Part shown: in pieces, positions 1 to 9,653 of the stretch | How the letters are laid out: every line of letters starts with the position of its first letter | How positions within the stretch are numbered: the first letter of the stretch is position 1 | DNA from: Burkholderiales bacterium | GTDB lineage: Bacteria > Pseudomonadota > Gammaproteobacteria > Burkholderiales > Eutrophovitaceae | Length of the DNA: 64,000 bases | Direction of reading: 5' to 3' | Assembly (NCBI GenBank): GCA_028379895.1 | Contig: JAOEKQ010000002.1 | Coordinates: 56,620-120,619, forward strand | The notes under the pieces: generated by a model | What the model saw: only the letters and a program-made list of their open reading frames with translations | The model's database searches: none | Told to the model about the DNA's origin: nothing | Position numbers and translations under genes: made by a program

Positions 1-1460
1 GTCATAAAAACTGCTGTGCCTGACACTCTTTGGGGAGGGTATGCCGCTAAACTAGTCAGGAAGGGTTCTAGTTCCAGTGCATCAGGGGCCAACTCTTTTG
101 CGAGCCCTTGGCGTCCTTTGTACCAAGTCGTGAATAGTGTGAACAGTATTAATCCGATCGTGAATGGAAACCAGCCACCATGAAGAATTTTGACAGAATT
201 TGCTGAGAATAAAATTAAATCGAATGTCAGAAAAATCACCGCTATTGGTAAGGCATACCACCGACGCCAGCCCCACAGGTGAGTGACCACAAAGTAGGCC
301 ATTACAGTATCGATAGCCATCATCCCCGTAACAGCTACGCCGTATGCTCCTGCCAGATTGCTAGATGATCCGAAGGAAAGAATCAGCAATAAAACAGCGG
401 CTAAAAGCATCCAGTTTATCCATGGCATATAAATTTGCCCAATTTCGCTCTCAGATGTATGAAATACGTCGAGTCTCGGGCAATACCCCAACTGAATTGC
501 TTGTCTTGTCAATGAATAGGTACCTGAAATAACCGCTTGTGAGGCAACTACCGTCGCGATAGTCGTCAAGCCTATTAGCGGATAAAGTCCCCATGTAGGA
601 ACCATGTTGTAAAAGGGATGAGATATTGTCTCTGGTTGCGCTAGGATGAGTGCTCCTTGGCCAAAATAATTAAGTAATAAATTAGGCCAAACCCATAACG
701 TCCATGCAATTCTAATTGGTTTTCGACCAAAGTGACCCATATCGGTATAGATACCCTCAGTTCCGGTGACGGCTAATGCGATAGCCCCGATGGCCAAAAA
801 TCCAAAGATTTTATTCGTAATGAAAAACTGGACTGCATAGGTTGGGTTTAGCGCCTTGAAGATCGAGAGATCTAACCCAAGATTAATTAAGCCTAAAAAC
901 CCAAGGACGCCAAACCAAATGACGGTTACTGGACCAAAGAGGGCGCCAACTCCGCCGCTCCCACGTTGTTGCAACATAAAAAGTAAAATCACTATTACGA
1001 TTGTGATTGGTATAACGTAGGGCTGAAGAGTGGGGGTTGCGACTCCTAGACCTTCGACCGCAGATAACACCGATATTGCAGGAGTTATAATCCCGTCGCC
1101 ATAGAAAAGTGCCGCACCAAATAGCCCGAGCGCGATCAAAAAAAAGCGTTTTTTGGGTTTCTTTTCTGTTGCCTTCAGCACAAGCGCTAGTAGCGCCATC
1201 ATGCCGCCTTCGCCACGATTGTCAGCTCTAAGCATGAAGAATACGTACTTGATCGAGACAACCAAGGCGAGAGCCCAAAATATAAGGGATAAACATCCCA
1301 AAATATTATCTGCGCTGGGAGTTATACCGTATCTTGGACTAAACACCTCCCGAATTGTATATATCGGACTAGTGCCAATATCTCCAAAAACGACGCCAAT
1401 CGCTGCGATTGTGAGGGCGGCTATATTTTGTTTATGAGTATCTTGGGAGTTAATATGCAT
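1..1460 (-). CDS. kup: KUP-family K+ uptake transporter, N-terminal 486 codons (3' end lies beyond the left window edge)
   Basis: My own minus-strand translation from the ATG (complement of 1458-1460) reads MHINSQDTHKQNIAALTIAAIGVVFGDIGTSPIYTIREVF ... FYGDGIITPAISVLSAVEGL ... TGTEGIYTDMGHFGRKPIRIAW ... NYFGQGALIL and stays open down to position 3. It is missing from the ORF track because no stop codon falls inside the window. Track ORFs 82..276(-) and 1153..1437(+) lie inside it, out of frame or antisense. Confidence 0.9.
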   Translation of the reverse strand, partial: MHINSQDTHKQNIAALTIAAIGVVFGDIGTSPIYTIREVFSPRYGITPSADNILGCLSLIFWALALVVSIKYVFFMLRADNRGEGGMMALLALVLKATEKKPKKRFFLIALGLFGAALFYGDGIITPAISVLSAVEGLGVATPTLQPYVIPITIVIVILLFMLQQRGSGGVGALFGPVTVIWFGVLGFLGLINLGLDLSIFKALNPTYAVQFFITNKIFGFLAIGAIALAVTGTEGIYTDMGHFGRKPIRIAWTLWVWPNLLLNYFGQGALILAQPETISHPFYNMVPTWGLYPLIGLTTIATVVASQAVISGTYSLTRQAIQLGYCPRLDVFHTSESEIGQIYMPWINWMLLAAVLLLILSFGSSSNLAGAYGVAVTGMMAIDTVMAYFVVTHLWGWRRWYALPIAVIFLTFDLILFSANSVKILHGGWFPFTIGLILFTLFTTWYKGRQGLAKELAPDALELEPFLTSLAAYPPQRVSGTAVFM

Positions 1461-1609
1461 ATAGGATCTTAGGACTTATTCGCACGTCTCTATAAATCTG
1501 CTATTTTTAAAACAAAAACCATATTTGACGCGTTGCTCATTCGAATTTGAAGGGTTTTGGTCCTGCATCCATTTTTTGTGCTGCACAATACTATACCTAG
1601 GAGGACTTT

Positions 1610-1990
1610 ATGGCGAATCGAACAATTCAAACGGATAGCGCGCCGGCTGCTATGGGCGCTTATTCGCAAGGGGTGCAGTCGGGCTCAACACTCTATATCT
1701 CAGGCCAGTTGGGCCTAGATCCTAAGTCAGGACTGTTGCTACCTACTTTTTCAGCACAAGCAGATCAGACCTTTACTAATATTCGGTTTATTTTGGAAGA
1801 GGCGGAGTTTAATTTAAATGATGTTGTCAAAGTTACAATTTTCATGACTGACTTAGCTGATTTCGGCGTACTCAATAAACTTATGGGTAACTTATTTGCA
1901 TCAGATTACTATCCCGCTCGCTCAACGGTTCAAGTATTGGGTTTGCCAAAAGGCGGCTTGATTGAAGTAGATGCAATCGCCATTCGTTAG
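1610..1990 (+). CDS. ridA: RidA/YjgF/L-PSP family reactive-intermediate deaminase
   Basis: 126 aa with the typical family pattern APAAMGAYSQGV..GSTLYISGQLGLDP ... ARSTVQVLGLPKGGLIEVDAIA. AGGAGG Shine-Dalgarno sequence sits just upstream. Confidence 0.85.
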   Translation: MANRTIQTDSAPAAMGAYSQGVQSGSTLYISGQLGLDPKSGLLLPTFSAQADQTFTNIRFILEEAEFNLNDVVKVTIFMTDLADFGVLNKLMGNLFASDYYPARSTVQVLGLPKGGLIEVDAIAIR

Positions 1991-2019
1991 ATTTTTCTCG
2001 AAATAATCTTTGGAAATAT

Positions 2020-4098
2020 ATGAAAAATCGTGCCATTAATTCCCCTGATCAATTTAGTAATCTTGAGAAAGTTGCTACGCCAGCCGTTCGCGCAAAGCTG
2101 ATTAAGCTGGGAATATCACGCGCAGAAGACCTACTAACTTTTTTCCCCATTCGATATGAAGATGAGACCCACGTATTTAAAATTAATGAGGCACCAGAGC
2201 GTGAGTCTATCCAAATCGAGGTCACTGTAATTCAGGCCAAAGTTGAATTTCGTCCGAGACGACAATTAGTGGTTTCAGTCGAAGATACAACTGGTATCGC
2301 TTCGCTTCGCTTCTTAAATTTTTATCCTAGCCAACAAAGAATGTTAGAGGCTGGAGTTCGTATAAGAGTGGTCGGTGAGTTTAGATTGAATCGCCAACAC
2401 GTAAAAGAAATGGTGCACCCGCGTTACAAAAAAATAATTGCTGACGATGAGCTACCAACAACCTTGACTCCGGTTTATGCGACCACTAAGGGACTAGGCC
2501 AAGCATCGATTCGCAAAACGGTCACACGTGCATTTGCTGTTGCAGACCAAAGTGATACGCTTTTACCCTTTCATTTGCGTGACCTTGGATTGCCGAGTTT
2601 TTGTGACACCGTCAATACCCTCCATCGGCCTCGTGCTGATGTGGATCCAGCCTTGCTCAAAGATCGTAGTAGCAGGTTTTGGGCACGACTGAGTTTCGAC
2701 GAACTATTAGCTCAGCAGCTGATCATGCGAAAGAATTACGATAAGCGTGAGCTGTATTCGGCACCAATAATGTCTGTGGTTAACTCGCGAATAGAGTTAT
2801 TTTTATCTCGATTGGGTTTTAAGCTTACTAATGCTCAAGAGAGAGCTCTTTCTGAAATTCAGTCAGATATATCTGAAAAATTCCCAATGCGGCGCTTACT
2901 ACAAGGTGATGTTGGAAGCGGTAAGACGGTAATTGCCGCTTTGGCGGCATTACAGACTATTGACGCAGGATATCAGGTGGCCCTAATGGTTCCTACCGAG
3001 ATTTTATCTGAGCAACATTTTAAGAAAATAGAAGGTTGGTTAACGATTCTGGGTATAAGCGTTGAGCGCTTAACAGGAAGCCTTACGAAATCGGAGCGAA
3101 ACCAAACGATCGAAAAGATCAAATCTGGAGTTGCCCATATTGTTGTTGGAACACACGCTCTTTTTCAGAGTGATGTTGCATTTAAAAAATTAGGGTTAGT
3201 TATTGTTGATGAACAACATCGGTTTGGCGTCAAACAAAGGTTAGCGTTAGTCGATAAAGGGGCTGACAAATTAAACCAAACTCACCAGCTGATGATGAGT
3301 GCAACGCCTATCCCTAGGTCGTTAGCTATGAGTTTTTTCGGGGACTTAGATGTTTCGGTGATTGATGAGTTACCACCAGGCCGCATTCCTATCACGACTA
3401 AGCTTGTTAGTAACAGCCGGCGAGGAGAGGTGTTTCAGCGGATTCAAGATACGTGCCAATCGGGACAACAAGTGTATTGGGTCTGTCCCCTTATTGAAGA
3501 GTCTGAGGCGTTACAATTGGAAACGGCTATTCAAACTCACGAGTTAATTCAAGCTCAATTTCCAAGTCTTAATATTGGCATTGTGCATGGTCGACTGAAG
3601 AGCCAAGAAAAAACTAGAATCATGGGTGAGTTTACTCACGGCGATATCCACTTATTAGTTGCGACTTCAGTGATCGAGGTCGGAGTTGATGTACCGAATG
3701 CCACGGTGATGGTTATTGAAAATGCAGAGAGGATGGGCCTATCTCAATTACACCAATTGAGGGGACGTATTGGCCGTGGGTCTGGTGCCAGTACATGTAT
3801 TCTTTTATATAGCTCAAAGTTGACAGATGCTGCGCGATCTCGATTAAAGATTATTTATGAAAACATAGATGGCTTTGAGGTTGCTAGGGCGGACCTGCAG
3901 CTTAGGGGGCCTGGAGAAATATTAGGTGCTCGACAGTCTGGGTTGCCGATGCTCCGCTATGCTGATCCAGAAAGAGATGTGCTGCTTTTAGAAAAAGCCA
4001 AGCATTTTGCGCCGGATTTTTTAACGAACCACACTGAGTTGGCGGAACGACATATTGATCGGTGGTATGGTTCCCGGGAAAAATTCTCCGAGGTGTAG
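2020..4098 (+). CDS. recG: ATP-dependent DNA helicase RecG
   Basis: 692 aa. Walker A GDVGSGKT, DEQH box (VIVDEQHRFG), MSATPIPRS, motif VI QLHQLRGRIGRG, and an N-terminal wedge/OB region. Confidence 0.95.
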   Translation: MKNRAINSPDQFSNLEKVATPAVRAKLIKLGISRAEDLLTFFPIRYEDETHVFKINEAPERESIQIEVTVIQAKVEFRPRRQLVVSVEDTTGIASLRFLNFYPSQQRMLEAGVRIRVVGEFRLNRQHVKEMVHPRYKKIIADDELPTTLTPVYATTKGLGQASIRKTVTRAFAVADQSDTLLPFHLRDLGLPSFCDTVNTLHRPRADVDPALLKDRSSRFWARLSFDELLAQQLIMRKNYDKRELYSAPIMSVVNSRIELFLSRLGFKLTNAQERALSEIQSDISEKFPMRRLLQGDVGSGKTVIAALAALQTIDAGYQVALMVPTEILSEQHFKKIEGWLTILGISVERLTGSLTKSERNQTIEKIKSGVAHIVVGTHALFQSDVAFKKLGLVIVDEQHRFGVKQRLALVDKGADKLNQTHQLMMSATPIPRSLAMSFFGDLDVSVIDELPPGRIPITTKLVSNSRRGEVFQRIQDTCQSGQQVYWVCPLIEESEALQLETAIQTHELIQAQFPSLNIGIVHGRLKSQEKTRIMGEFTHGDIHLLVATSVIEVGVDVPNATVMVIENAERMGLSQLHQLRGRIGRGSGASTCILLYSSKLTDAARSRLKIIYENIDGFEVARADLQLRGPGEILGARQSGLPMLRYADPERDVLLLEKAKHFAPDFLTNHTELAERHIDRWYGSREKFSEV

Positions 4099-4102
4099 TG
4101 AT

Positions 4103-4978
4103 ATGTGGAACATGTTATCCAAGCGTTTATCTGCTTACGGGAGGTTAATCCGTATTGATAAACCAGTAGGTATTTTTTTACTTCTCTGGCCGACTTTATG
4201 GGCGCTGTGGATGGCATCAGAAGGCGTGCCAGATACCAAGATTTTTTTTACTTATGTACTCGGGACTATTTTCATGCGATCTGCGGGATGCGCTATCAAC
4301 GATTATGCCGATCGAAATTTTGACTCGAAAGTAAAACGAACGGCCAGTCGACCGCTAGCCTGCGGGGAAATAACGCCGTGGGAGGCTTTATTTATTGCTT
4401 CCTTATTTTCGATAATGGCTTTTTGCTTAGTGCTGACGCTTAATATACTGACAATTAAGTTGTCATTTTTAGCATTATTTCTAGTTATCAGTTATCCGTA
4501 TGCGAAGAGATTTATCTCAACGCCGCAGGCTCACTTAGGCGTGGCATTTGGCTTTGGAATCCCAATGGCTTATGCGTCTACTGTAAACCATGTTCCGTTA
4601 GTGGCTTTAGTTACTATGTTAGGTACTGTTTTTTGGGTACTTGCTTACGATACGCAATATGCCATGGTAGATCGTGATGATGATTTGAAAATAGGAATAA
4701 AAACGACAGCAATACTCTTTGGGAAGTTGGATACTCTATGGATTGTCTTTTTTCAATTTGCCTTCGCTTCTGTTATGTGTGTCGTCGGAATTATGAGCGG
4801 CTTTGGTTTACTTTATTTTATGGGTTTACTCTTTGCGGTAATCGCGATGGCGTTGCAATATCCTTTGATAAAGTCGCGATCTCGAAAGGGGTGTTTTAGA
4901 GCATTTCGGCAAAATAATTCCGTAGGCGGCATTATTTTTTTAGGTTTACTACTGGATCTTTTATTTACCGTCGATTAG
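4103..4978 (+). CDS. ubiA: 4-hydroxybenzoate polyprenyltransferase (UbiA)
   Basis: UbiA prenyltransferase Asp-rich motifs NDYADRNFD and YDTQYAMVDRDDDLKIG, multiple TM helices. The track ORF starts at 4055 and overlaps recG by 44 nt. I prefer ATG 4103 (MWNMLSKRL...), 4 nt after the recG stop. Confidence 0.9.
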   Translation: MWNMLSKRLSAYGRLIRIDKPVGIFLLLWPTLWALWMASEGVPDTKIFFTYVLGTIFMRSAGCAINDYADRNFDSKVKRTASRPLACGEITPWEALFIASLFSIMAFCLVLTLNILTIKLSFLALFLVISYPYAKRFISTPQAHLGVAFGFGIPMAYASTVNHVPLVALVTMLGTVFWVLAYDTQYAMVDRDDDLKIGIKTTAILFGKLDTLWIVFFQFAFASVMCVVGIMSGFGLLYFMGLLFAVIAMALQYPLIKSRSRKGCFRAFRQNNSVGGIIFLGLLLDLLFTVD

Positions 4979-5157
4979 AAGCCTATTGTGTTGGTATTTA
5001 ACGATAATTGGGTGGTACAATTGAGCTAGGTTAATTTAATATTTTGAGCAATAAGAAATTTATTGTGTGTTGGTTAATTTAGAGAATGGTTATGGTGTTT
5101 TTGCGGCAAAACCGGATGATTAATTAGCTTGCAGCGAACGGAAGGGAGAGGATCAAA

Positions 5158-5475
5158 ATGAAGAAAGTTGTTGTAACTTGCCTTGTTGCTTTTGGCTTGA
5201 GTTTCATTTCGAGCGTGCAGGCGAATGAAGCTGAGGCGCTAGCAAAAAGTAAAAATTGTTTAAGTTGTCACGCGATAGACAGAAAATTGGTAGGTCCTGC
5301 TTATAAGGAAGTTGCCAAAGGAAAAGATCCAAAAGGCGGGGAGATAACCGTAGAGAGACTTGTTAAGTCTATAAAAAATGGAGGTATGGGTAAGTGGGGT
5401 CCGATCCCGATGCCGCCTATGCCTGTTACTGATGATGAAGCCAAGCTACTTGCTGAGTGGATCATGTCCATGTGA
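5158..5475 (+). CDS. Class I c-type cytochrome, c551/c552 type
   Basis: 105 aa with a signal peptide and a single haem site CLSCH. AIDRKLVGPAYKEVA ... GKWGPIPMPP ... DDEAKLLAEWI closely follows the Pseudomonas cytochrome c551 pattern. GGAGAGG Shine-Dalgarno upstream. Confidence 0.85.
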   Translation: MKKVVVTCLVAFGLSFISSVQANEAEALAKSKNCLSCHAIDRKLVGPAYKEVAKGKDPKGGEITVERLVKSIKNGGMGKWGPIPMPPMPVTDDEAKLLAEWIMSM

Positions 5476-5490
5476 GAGATAGGAACTCCA

Positions 5491-5518
5491 AAAAACCGGC
5501 TGATAGCCGGTTTTTTTT
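5491..5518 (+). terminator. Rho-independent terminator after the cytochrome c gene (A-tract/T-tract flanked, potentially bidirectional)
   Basis: aaaaaCCGGCtgataGCCGGtttttttt: 5-bp GC stem (5496-5500 / 5506-5510), 5-nt loop, T8 run at 5511-5518. Confidence 0.8.
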
Positions 5519-5549
5519 CGGTTACTTGGTTTGTTTTTAAAATCAAAAA

Positions 5550-5577
5550 TTGACACGGTGCTTCCCACTGTTAGTAT
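5550..5577 (+). promoter_or_regulatory. Predicted sigma70 promoter of the liv/bra-type operon
   Basis: Perfect -35 TTGACA (5550-5555), 16-nt spacer, -10 TAGTAT (5572-5577), about 60 nt upstream of the ATG at 5638. Sequence prediction only. Confidence 0.5.
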
Positions 5578-5637
5578 TAACTTGGGTCTGTAAGGCAATA
5601 GGGTTCTCGATTGAGATAAAAATTAGGAGACGAGAAA

Positions 5638-6792
5638 ATGATAAGGAAACGTTCATTTGCGATATTTATCGCCGCATTAATCGTTGCAGGTTGTGGTGCA
5701 GAGACAGAGACCAGAGACGGAAAAAAAATTGTGAATATTGGACATGTTGGGCCGCTTACTGGTTCTATTTCTCATCTGGGAAAGGATAATGAGCGAGGAG
5801 CTGAAATAGCCGTTGATGAGGCTAATGAGTTGAATCTGGTCATTGCTGGGGTGCCAGTTCAATTTAGGTTGCTATCGGAGGATGATGAAGCTAATCCTCA
5901 AAAGGCGACCGTTGTCGCTCAGAAGTTGGTCGACTCAAATATAGTAGGCGTTGTTGGGCATCTAAACTCTGGAACAACTATTCCCGCTTCAACTATATAT
6001 TTTGACTCCGGGATACCACAAATTTCCCCTTCTGCAACAGCCATTACTTATACCCACCAAGACTACGAAACAGCCCACCGAGTTATGGCGAACGATGAGC
6101 AGCAGGGTAAAGTTTTAGGTGATTATGCAGTCAAGACGCTTGGCGCTGAGGGTATAGCAATTATTGATGATCGAAGCGCTTATGGAAAAGGTTTGGCTGA
6201 TGAGTTTGAGTCAGCTATTAAAAGTGCTGGCGGTCAGATTTTGACTAGGGAATTTACTGATATTACAAAAACCGACTTCACAGCAATTTTGACGAAAATA
6301 AAAGGGTTAAATCCAGACTTGATTTTTTATGGTGGAATGGACTCGCAAGCTGGCCCTATGATGAAGCAAATTAAAAATCTCGGCCTAACGAGTCTGTTCT
6401 TGGCCGGAGACGGAGTACAGACTAAACAATTCATGGTTTTGGCGGGTGCTGAAGGTGAAGGTGCATATGCGTCATCTCCTGGTTTACCTTTAGATCAAAT
6501 GGCTGGGGGTAAAGAATTTCGGGAAAAATTTAAGCAAATTTATCGAGAAGATATTCAGCTTTACGCTCCGTATGCTTATGACGCGACGTTTGTCATGATT
6601 AACGCAATGATGCGTGCGAACTCAACAGATCCAGTAACTTACTTACCGTTTCTTCGAAATACCGATTTCCCAGGCGTTACGGGCCGAATACGTTTTGATG
6701 AACGCGGAGATCTTAAGGGTGGCAGCATAAGCCTTTATCAGGTTGTTAATGGAAAGTGGCAATATGTTGAGACAATTGGCGGCGCTGATTAA
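5638..6792 (+). CDS. Branched-chain amino-acid ABC transporter substrate-binding protein (LivK/BraC family), predicted lipoprotein
   Basis: 384 aa. N-terminus MIRKRSFAIFIAALIVAGCGAE carries a lipobox (VAGC). Type-I periplasmic-binding-fold pattern (IGHVGPLTGSISHLG, GVVGHLNSG). First gene of a five-gene LivKHMGF-like operon. Confidence 0.85.
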   Translation: MIRKRSFAIFIAALIVAGCGAETETRDGKKIVNIGHVGPLTGSISHLGKDNERGAEIAVDEANELNLVIAGVPVQFRLLSEDDEANPQKATVVAQKLVDSNIVGVVGHLNSGTTIPASTIYFDSGIPQISPSATAITYTHQDYETAHRVMANDEQQGKVLGDYAVKTLGAEGIAIIDDRSAYGKGLADEFESAIKSAGGQILTREFTDITKTDFTAILTKIKGLNPDLIFYGGMDSQAGPMMKQIKNLGLTSLFLAGDGVQTKQFMVLAGAEGEGAYASSPGLPLDQMAGGKEFREKFKQIYREDIQLYAPYAYDATFVMINAMMRANSTDPVTYLPFLRNTDFPGVTGRIRFDERGDLKGGSISLYQVVNGKWQYVETIGGAD

Positions 6793-6849
6793 TTCACTAA
6801 TGCTTTTTTTTGTTTGAGTTGAATTTGCTCAAGGTAGCAAAGTAACGCG

Positions 6850-7779
6850 ATGGATATATTCGCTCAACAAATTTTAAATGGATTAGTTCTAGGTAGCGTA
6901 TATGCTTTGGTAGCCCTAGGCTACACAATGGTGTACGGCATACTTGGACTAATTAATTTTGCGCATGGCGAAGTAGTAATGATTGGTGCCATGATCGCAC
7001 TCGCCGTTGTATCCATACTGCTATCAGCATTCCCCGAAATGCACCCACTATTGACGATCTTATTAGCGGGCGTTTCGGCAATACTTGTGTGTATGGCGCT
7101 GGCTTTTTTAATTGAGCGGTTAGCCTACAGACCGCTAAGAAATGCTCCTCGACTCGCACCTTTGATAACCGCAATCGGAATATCAATTCTGCTGCAAAAT
7201 ATTGCCATGATAATTTGGGGTCGTAAATACAAAACAGTACCTCAAATATTCCCTACTGAGACATTCGAATTGTTTGGTGCGAGCATTACCAGCGTTCAGA
7301 TATTTATTATTACGATATCAGCGGTGCTTATGACTGGGCTACTCGTTATCGTGCATTTTACAAAGTTGGGACGCGCTATGCGTGCCACTTCTGAGAGTCA
7401 GCGCGTGGCAGGATTGATGGGGATTAATGTTAATAAAATAATTTCTGTAACGTTCATGATGGGGGCGGGATTAGCTGCAGTAGCTGGAATTTTGATCGCG
7501 GGTAACTACAGTGTGGTTCATTATTCGATGGGCTTCATGCTGGGACTTAAAGCCTTTACCGCAGCGGTGCTTGGCGGCATTGGTAATCTGGGAGGTGCAG
7601 TTCTTGGGGGACTGTTGTTGGGGTTAATTGAAAGTATTGGCGCTGGTTATATCGGCGATTTGACCGGCGGATTTTTAGGTAGTCACTATCAGGATGTTTT
7701 TGCATTTGTTGTTTTGATTGTTGTTTTGGTTTTTAGGCCTACGGGAATTATGGGTGAGCGAGTATCGGAGCGTGCATGA
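6850..7779 (+). CDS. livH: Branched-chain amino-acid ABC transporter permease LivH/BraD
   Basis: 309 aa polytopic membrane protein. INFAHGEV, LAYRPLR and GGIGNLGGAVLGG motifs typical of LivH. Confidence 0.9.
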   Translation: MDIFAQQILNGLVLGSVYALVALGYTMVYGILGLINFAHGEVVMIGAMIALAVVSILLSAFPEMHPLLTILLAGVSAILVCMALAFLIERLAYRPLRNAPRLAPLITAIGISILLQNIAMIIWGRKYKTVPQIFPTETFELFGASITSVQIFIITISAVLMTGLLVIVHFTKLGRAMRATSESQRVAGLMGINVNKIISVTFMMGAGLAAVAGILIAGNYSVVHYSMGFMLGLKAFTAAVLGGIGNLGGAVLGGLLLGLIESIGAGYIGDLTGGFLGSHYQDVFAFVVLIVVLVFRPTGIMGERVSERA

Positions 7780-8876
7780 AGCATTTTGTACAAGATTTAT
7801 GGCGTAAATTTACAGGTAATAAAAGAGCGTTATTTTTTGGGTATATTTTTCTATTCGTGGCGTTAGCAGTTTTGCCTTTTTTGCTGAGTAATACCGTGGG
7901 CCTAACGTGGGTACGTATCCTTGATTTTGCGCTGATTTACGCCATGTTGGCTCTGGGTTTAAATATAGTTGTAGGTTTCGCAGGCTTGTTGGATTTAGGG
8001 TATATCGCGTTTTATGCTGTAGGCGCATATACGTGGGCACTTCTGGCTTCTCCGCAGTTTGATTTGCACCTTCCTTTCTGGGCGATATTACCTATCGGCG
8101 CCGGCATGGCCGCTCTTTTCGGCGTGTTACTCGGCGCGCCGACACTGCGGTTAAGAGGAGACTATCTCGCTATCGTTACTTTGGGGTTTGGGGAAATCAT
8201 TCGAATTTTTTTGAACAATCTCGACCATCCAATCAATGTAACTAATGGACCAATTGGCATTAATAAAATTGATCCGATAAGCATCGGAGGAGCTGACCTG
8301 ACTAGAACTCATGAGCTATTGGGAGTTTCATTTTCAGGTGCTCATACTTATTATTACGTCTTACTTACTCTTTTGTTTATGACGGTTGTTATCTGTGTTC
8401 GGCTTGAGAAATCAAGAATTGGTCGCGCGTGGTTAGCAATAAGAGAAGATGAATTAGCAGCTCAGGCTATGGGTATTAATACGCGCAATGTGAAGCTTTT
8501 GGCATTCGCCTTAGGGGCAATGTTTGGCGGCATTGCAGGCGGTCTGTTTGCGAGTCTTCAAGGTTTTGTAAGTCCAGAAAGTTTTGGGTTGCTAGAGTCG
8601 ATAATGGTCTTATGTATGGTTGTGCTGGGCGGTATGGGGCATGTTTATGGGGTATTACTTGGCGCAATTTTACTTACGGTACTACCAGAAATTTTGAGGT
8701 CAACGGCGTCGCCGATTCAAAGCACCCTATTTGGAGATGTTTATATTGATCCTGAGGCGCTTCGAATGTTGCTTTTCGGTTTAGCATTGATTCTGGTAAT
8801 GCTGATACGTCCGACAGGCCTTTGGCCGTCGCCAAAACGTCGTACATCTGTAGATCCAGACATCGCTAAAGATTAG
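7776..8876 (+). CDS. livM: Branched-chain amino-acid ABC transporter permease LivM/BraE
   Basis: 366 aa. LDLGYIAFYAVGAY and LRLRGDYLAIVTLGFGEI motifs. Its start overlaps the livH stop by 4 nt. Confidence 0.9.
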   Translation: MKHFVQDLWRKFTGNKRALFFGYIFLFVALAVLPFLLSNTVGLTWVRILDFALIYAMLALGLNIVVGFAGLLDLGYIAFYAVGAYTWALLASPQFDLHLPFWAILPIGAGMAALFGVLLGAPTLRLRGDYLAIVTLGFGEIIRIFLNNLDHPINVTNGPIGINKIDPISIGGADLTRTHELLGVSFSGAHTYYYVLLTLLFMTVVICVRLEKSRIGRAWLAIREDELAAQAMGINTRNVKLLAFALGAMFGGIAGGLFASLQGFVSPESFGLLESIMVLCMVVLGGMGHVYGVLLGAILLTVLPEILRSTASPIQSTLFGDVYIDPEALRMLLFGLALILVMLIRPTGLWPSPKRRTSVDPDIAKD

Positions 8877-8888
8877 ATTATTATTCAT

Positions 8889-9653
8889 ATGCCGCTATTA
8901 GAGCTAACAGGAATCAATAAAAATTTTGGCGGAATACAAGCGTTGAATGATGTCTCATTAACAATTAACAAAGGTGAAATATATGGTTTGATTGGGCCTA
9001 ATGGTGCAGGAAAGACTACGTTATTTAATGTTATTACTGGTGTTTATTTACCGGATAACGGTGGGATTAAATTTGGCACACGATCTATTGTTGGACGGAA
9101 ACCTCACCAAGTTGCCACGGCAGGTATAGCGCGAACATTTCAAAATATTCGACTGTTCCAAAATATGACTGTAATGGAGAATGTCATGGTTGGTATGCAT
9201 GCCAAGACATCGACGGGATCATTCGGTGCGATCTTCAATACGAAATCGGCTAGGCTGGAAGAAAAAATGATTCAGATCCAATCAATGAAGTGGTTAGACT
9301 ATGTTGGCATTTTGAAGGAAGCTGATAATCTTGCGTGTAATTTATCTTATGGCGATCAGCGGAGATTAGAGATTGCACGAGCTCTCGCTACTCGGCCAAA
9401 ATTACTTGCTTTGGATGAGCCGGCGGCCGGGATGAATGCTACTGAGACGGGAGAATTGAAAGCTTTGATTCAGACAATAAGAACTGACGGGGTATCGGTA
9501 CTATTGATTGAGCATGACGTCAAGCTCATCATGAATTTGTGTGATCGAGTTGCCGTTTTGGACTATGGTCAAAAGATAGCTGAAGATGTACCAAAACTTG
9601 TTCAGACAGACCCTAAGGTTATACAAGCTTATATTGGTGGAGAGTTGCCATGA
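8889..9653 (+). CDS. livG: Branched-chain amino-acid ABC transporter ATPase LivG/BraF
   Basis: Walker A GPNGAGKTT, signature LSYGDQRRLEIARAL, Walker B LLALDEPAAGM. Confidence 0.92.
   Translation: MPLLELTGINKNFGGIQALNDVSLTINKGEIYGLIGPNGAGKTTLFNVITGVYLPDNGGIKFGTRSIVGRKPHQVATAGIARTFQNIRLFQNMTVMENVMVGMHAKTSTGSFGAIFNTKSARLEEKMIQIQSMKWLDYVGILKEADNLACNLSYGDQRRLEIARALATRPKLLALDEPAAGMNATETGELKALIQTIRTDGVSVLLIEHDVKLIMNLCDRVAVLDYGQKIAEDVPKLVQTDPKVIQAYIGGELP

Noticed and set aside
4055-4102. 44-nt recG/ubiA overlap implied by the track's longest-ORF start
   Set aside because: ATG 4103, just after the recG stop, gives a normal UbiA N-terminus. The extension is an artefact of the longest-ORF rule.
5013-5026. 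Sigma54-like element TGGTACaattgaGC upstream of the cytochrome c gene
   Set aside because: The GG-to-GC spacing is one nucleotide short of the -24/-12 consensus (TGGCAC-N5-TTGC), and the TTGC is replaced by TGAGC. Not convincing.
5550-5789. 79-aa plus-strand ORF overlapping the liv promoter and the 5' end of the binding-protein gene
   Set aside because: It starts at the TTG of the predicted -35 TTGACA box and overlaps the real gene out of frame. The sequence is not protein-like (Cys/Trp/Arg-rich).
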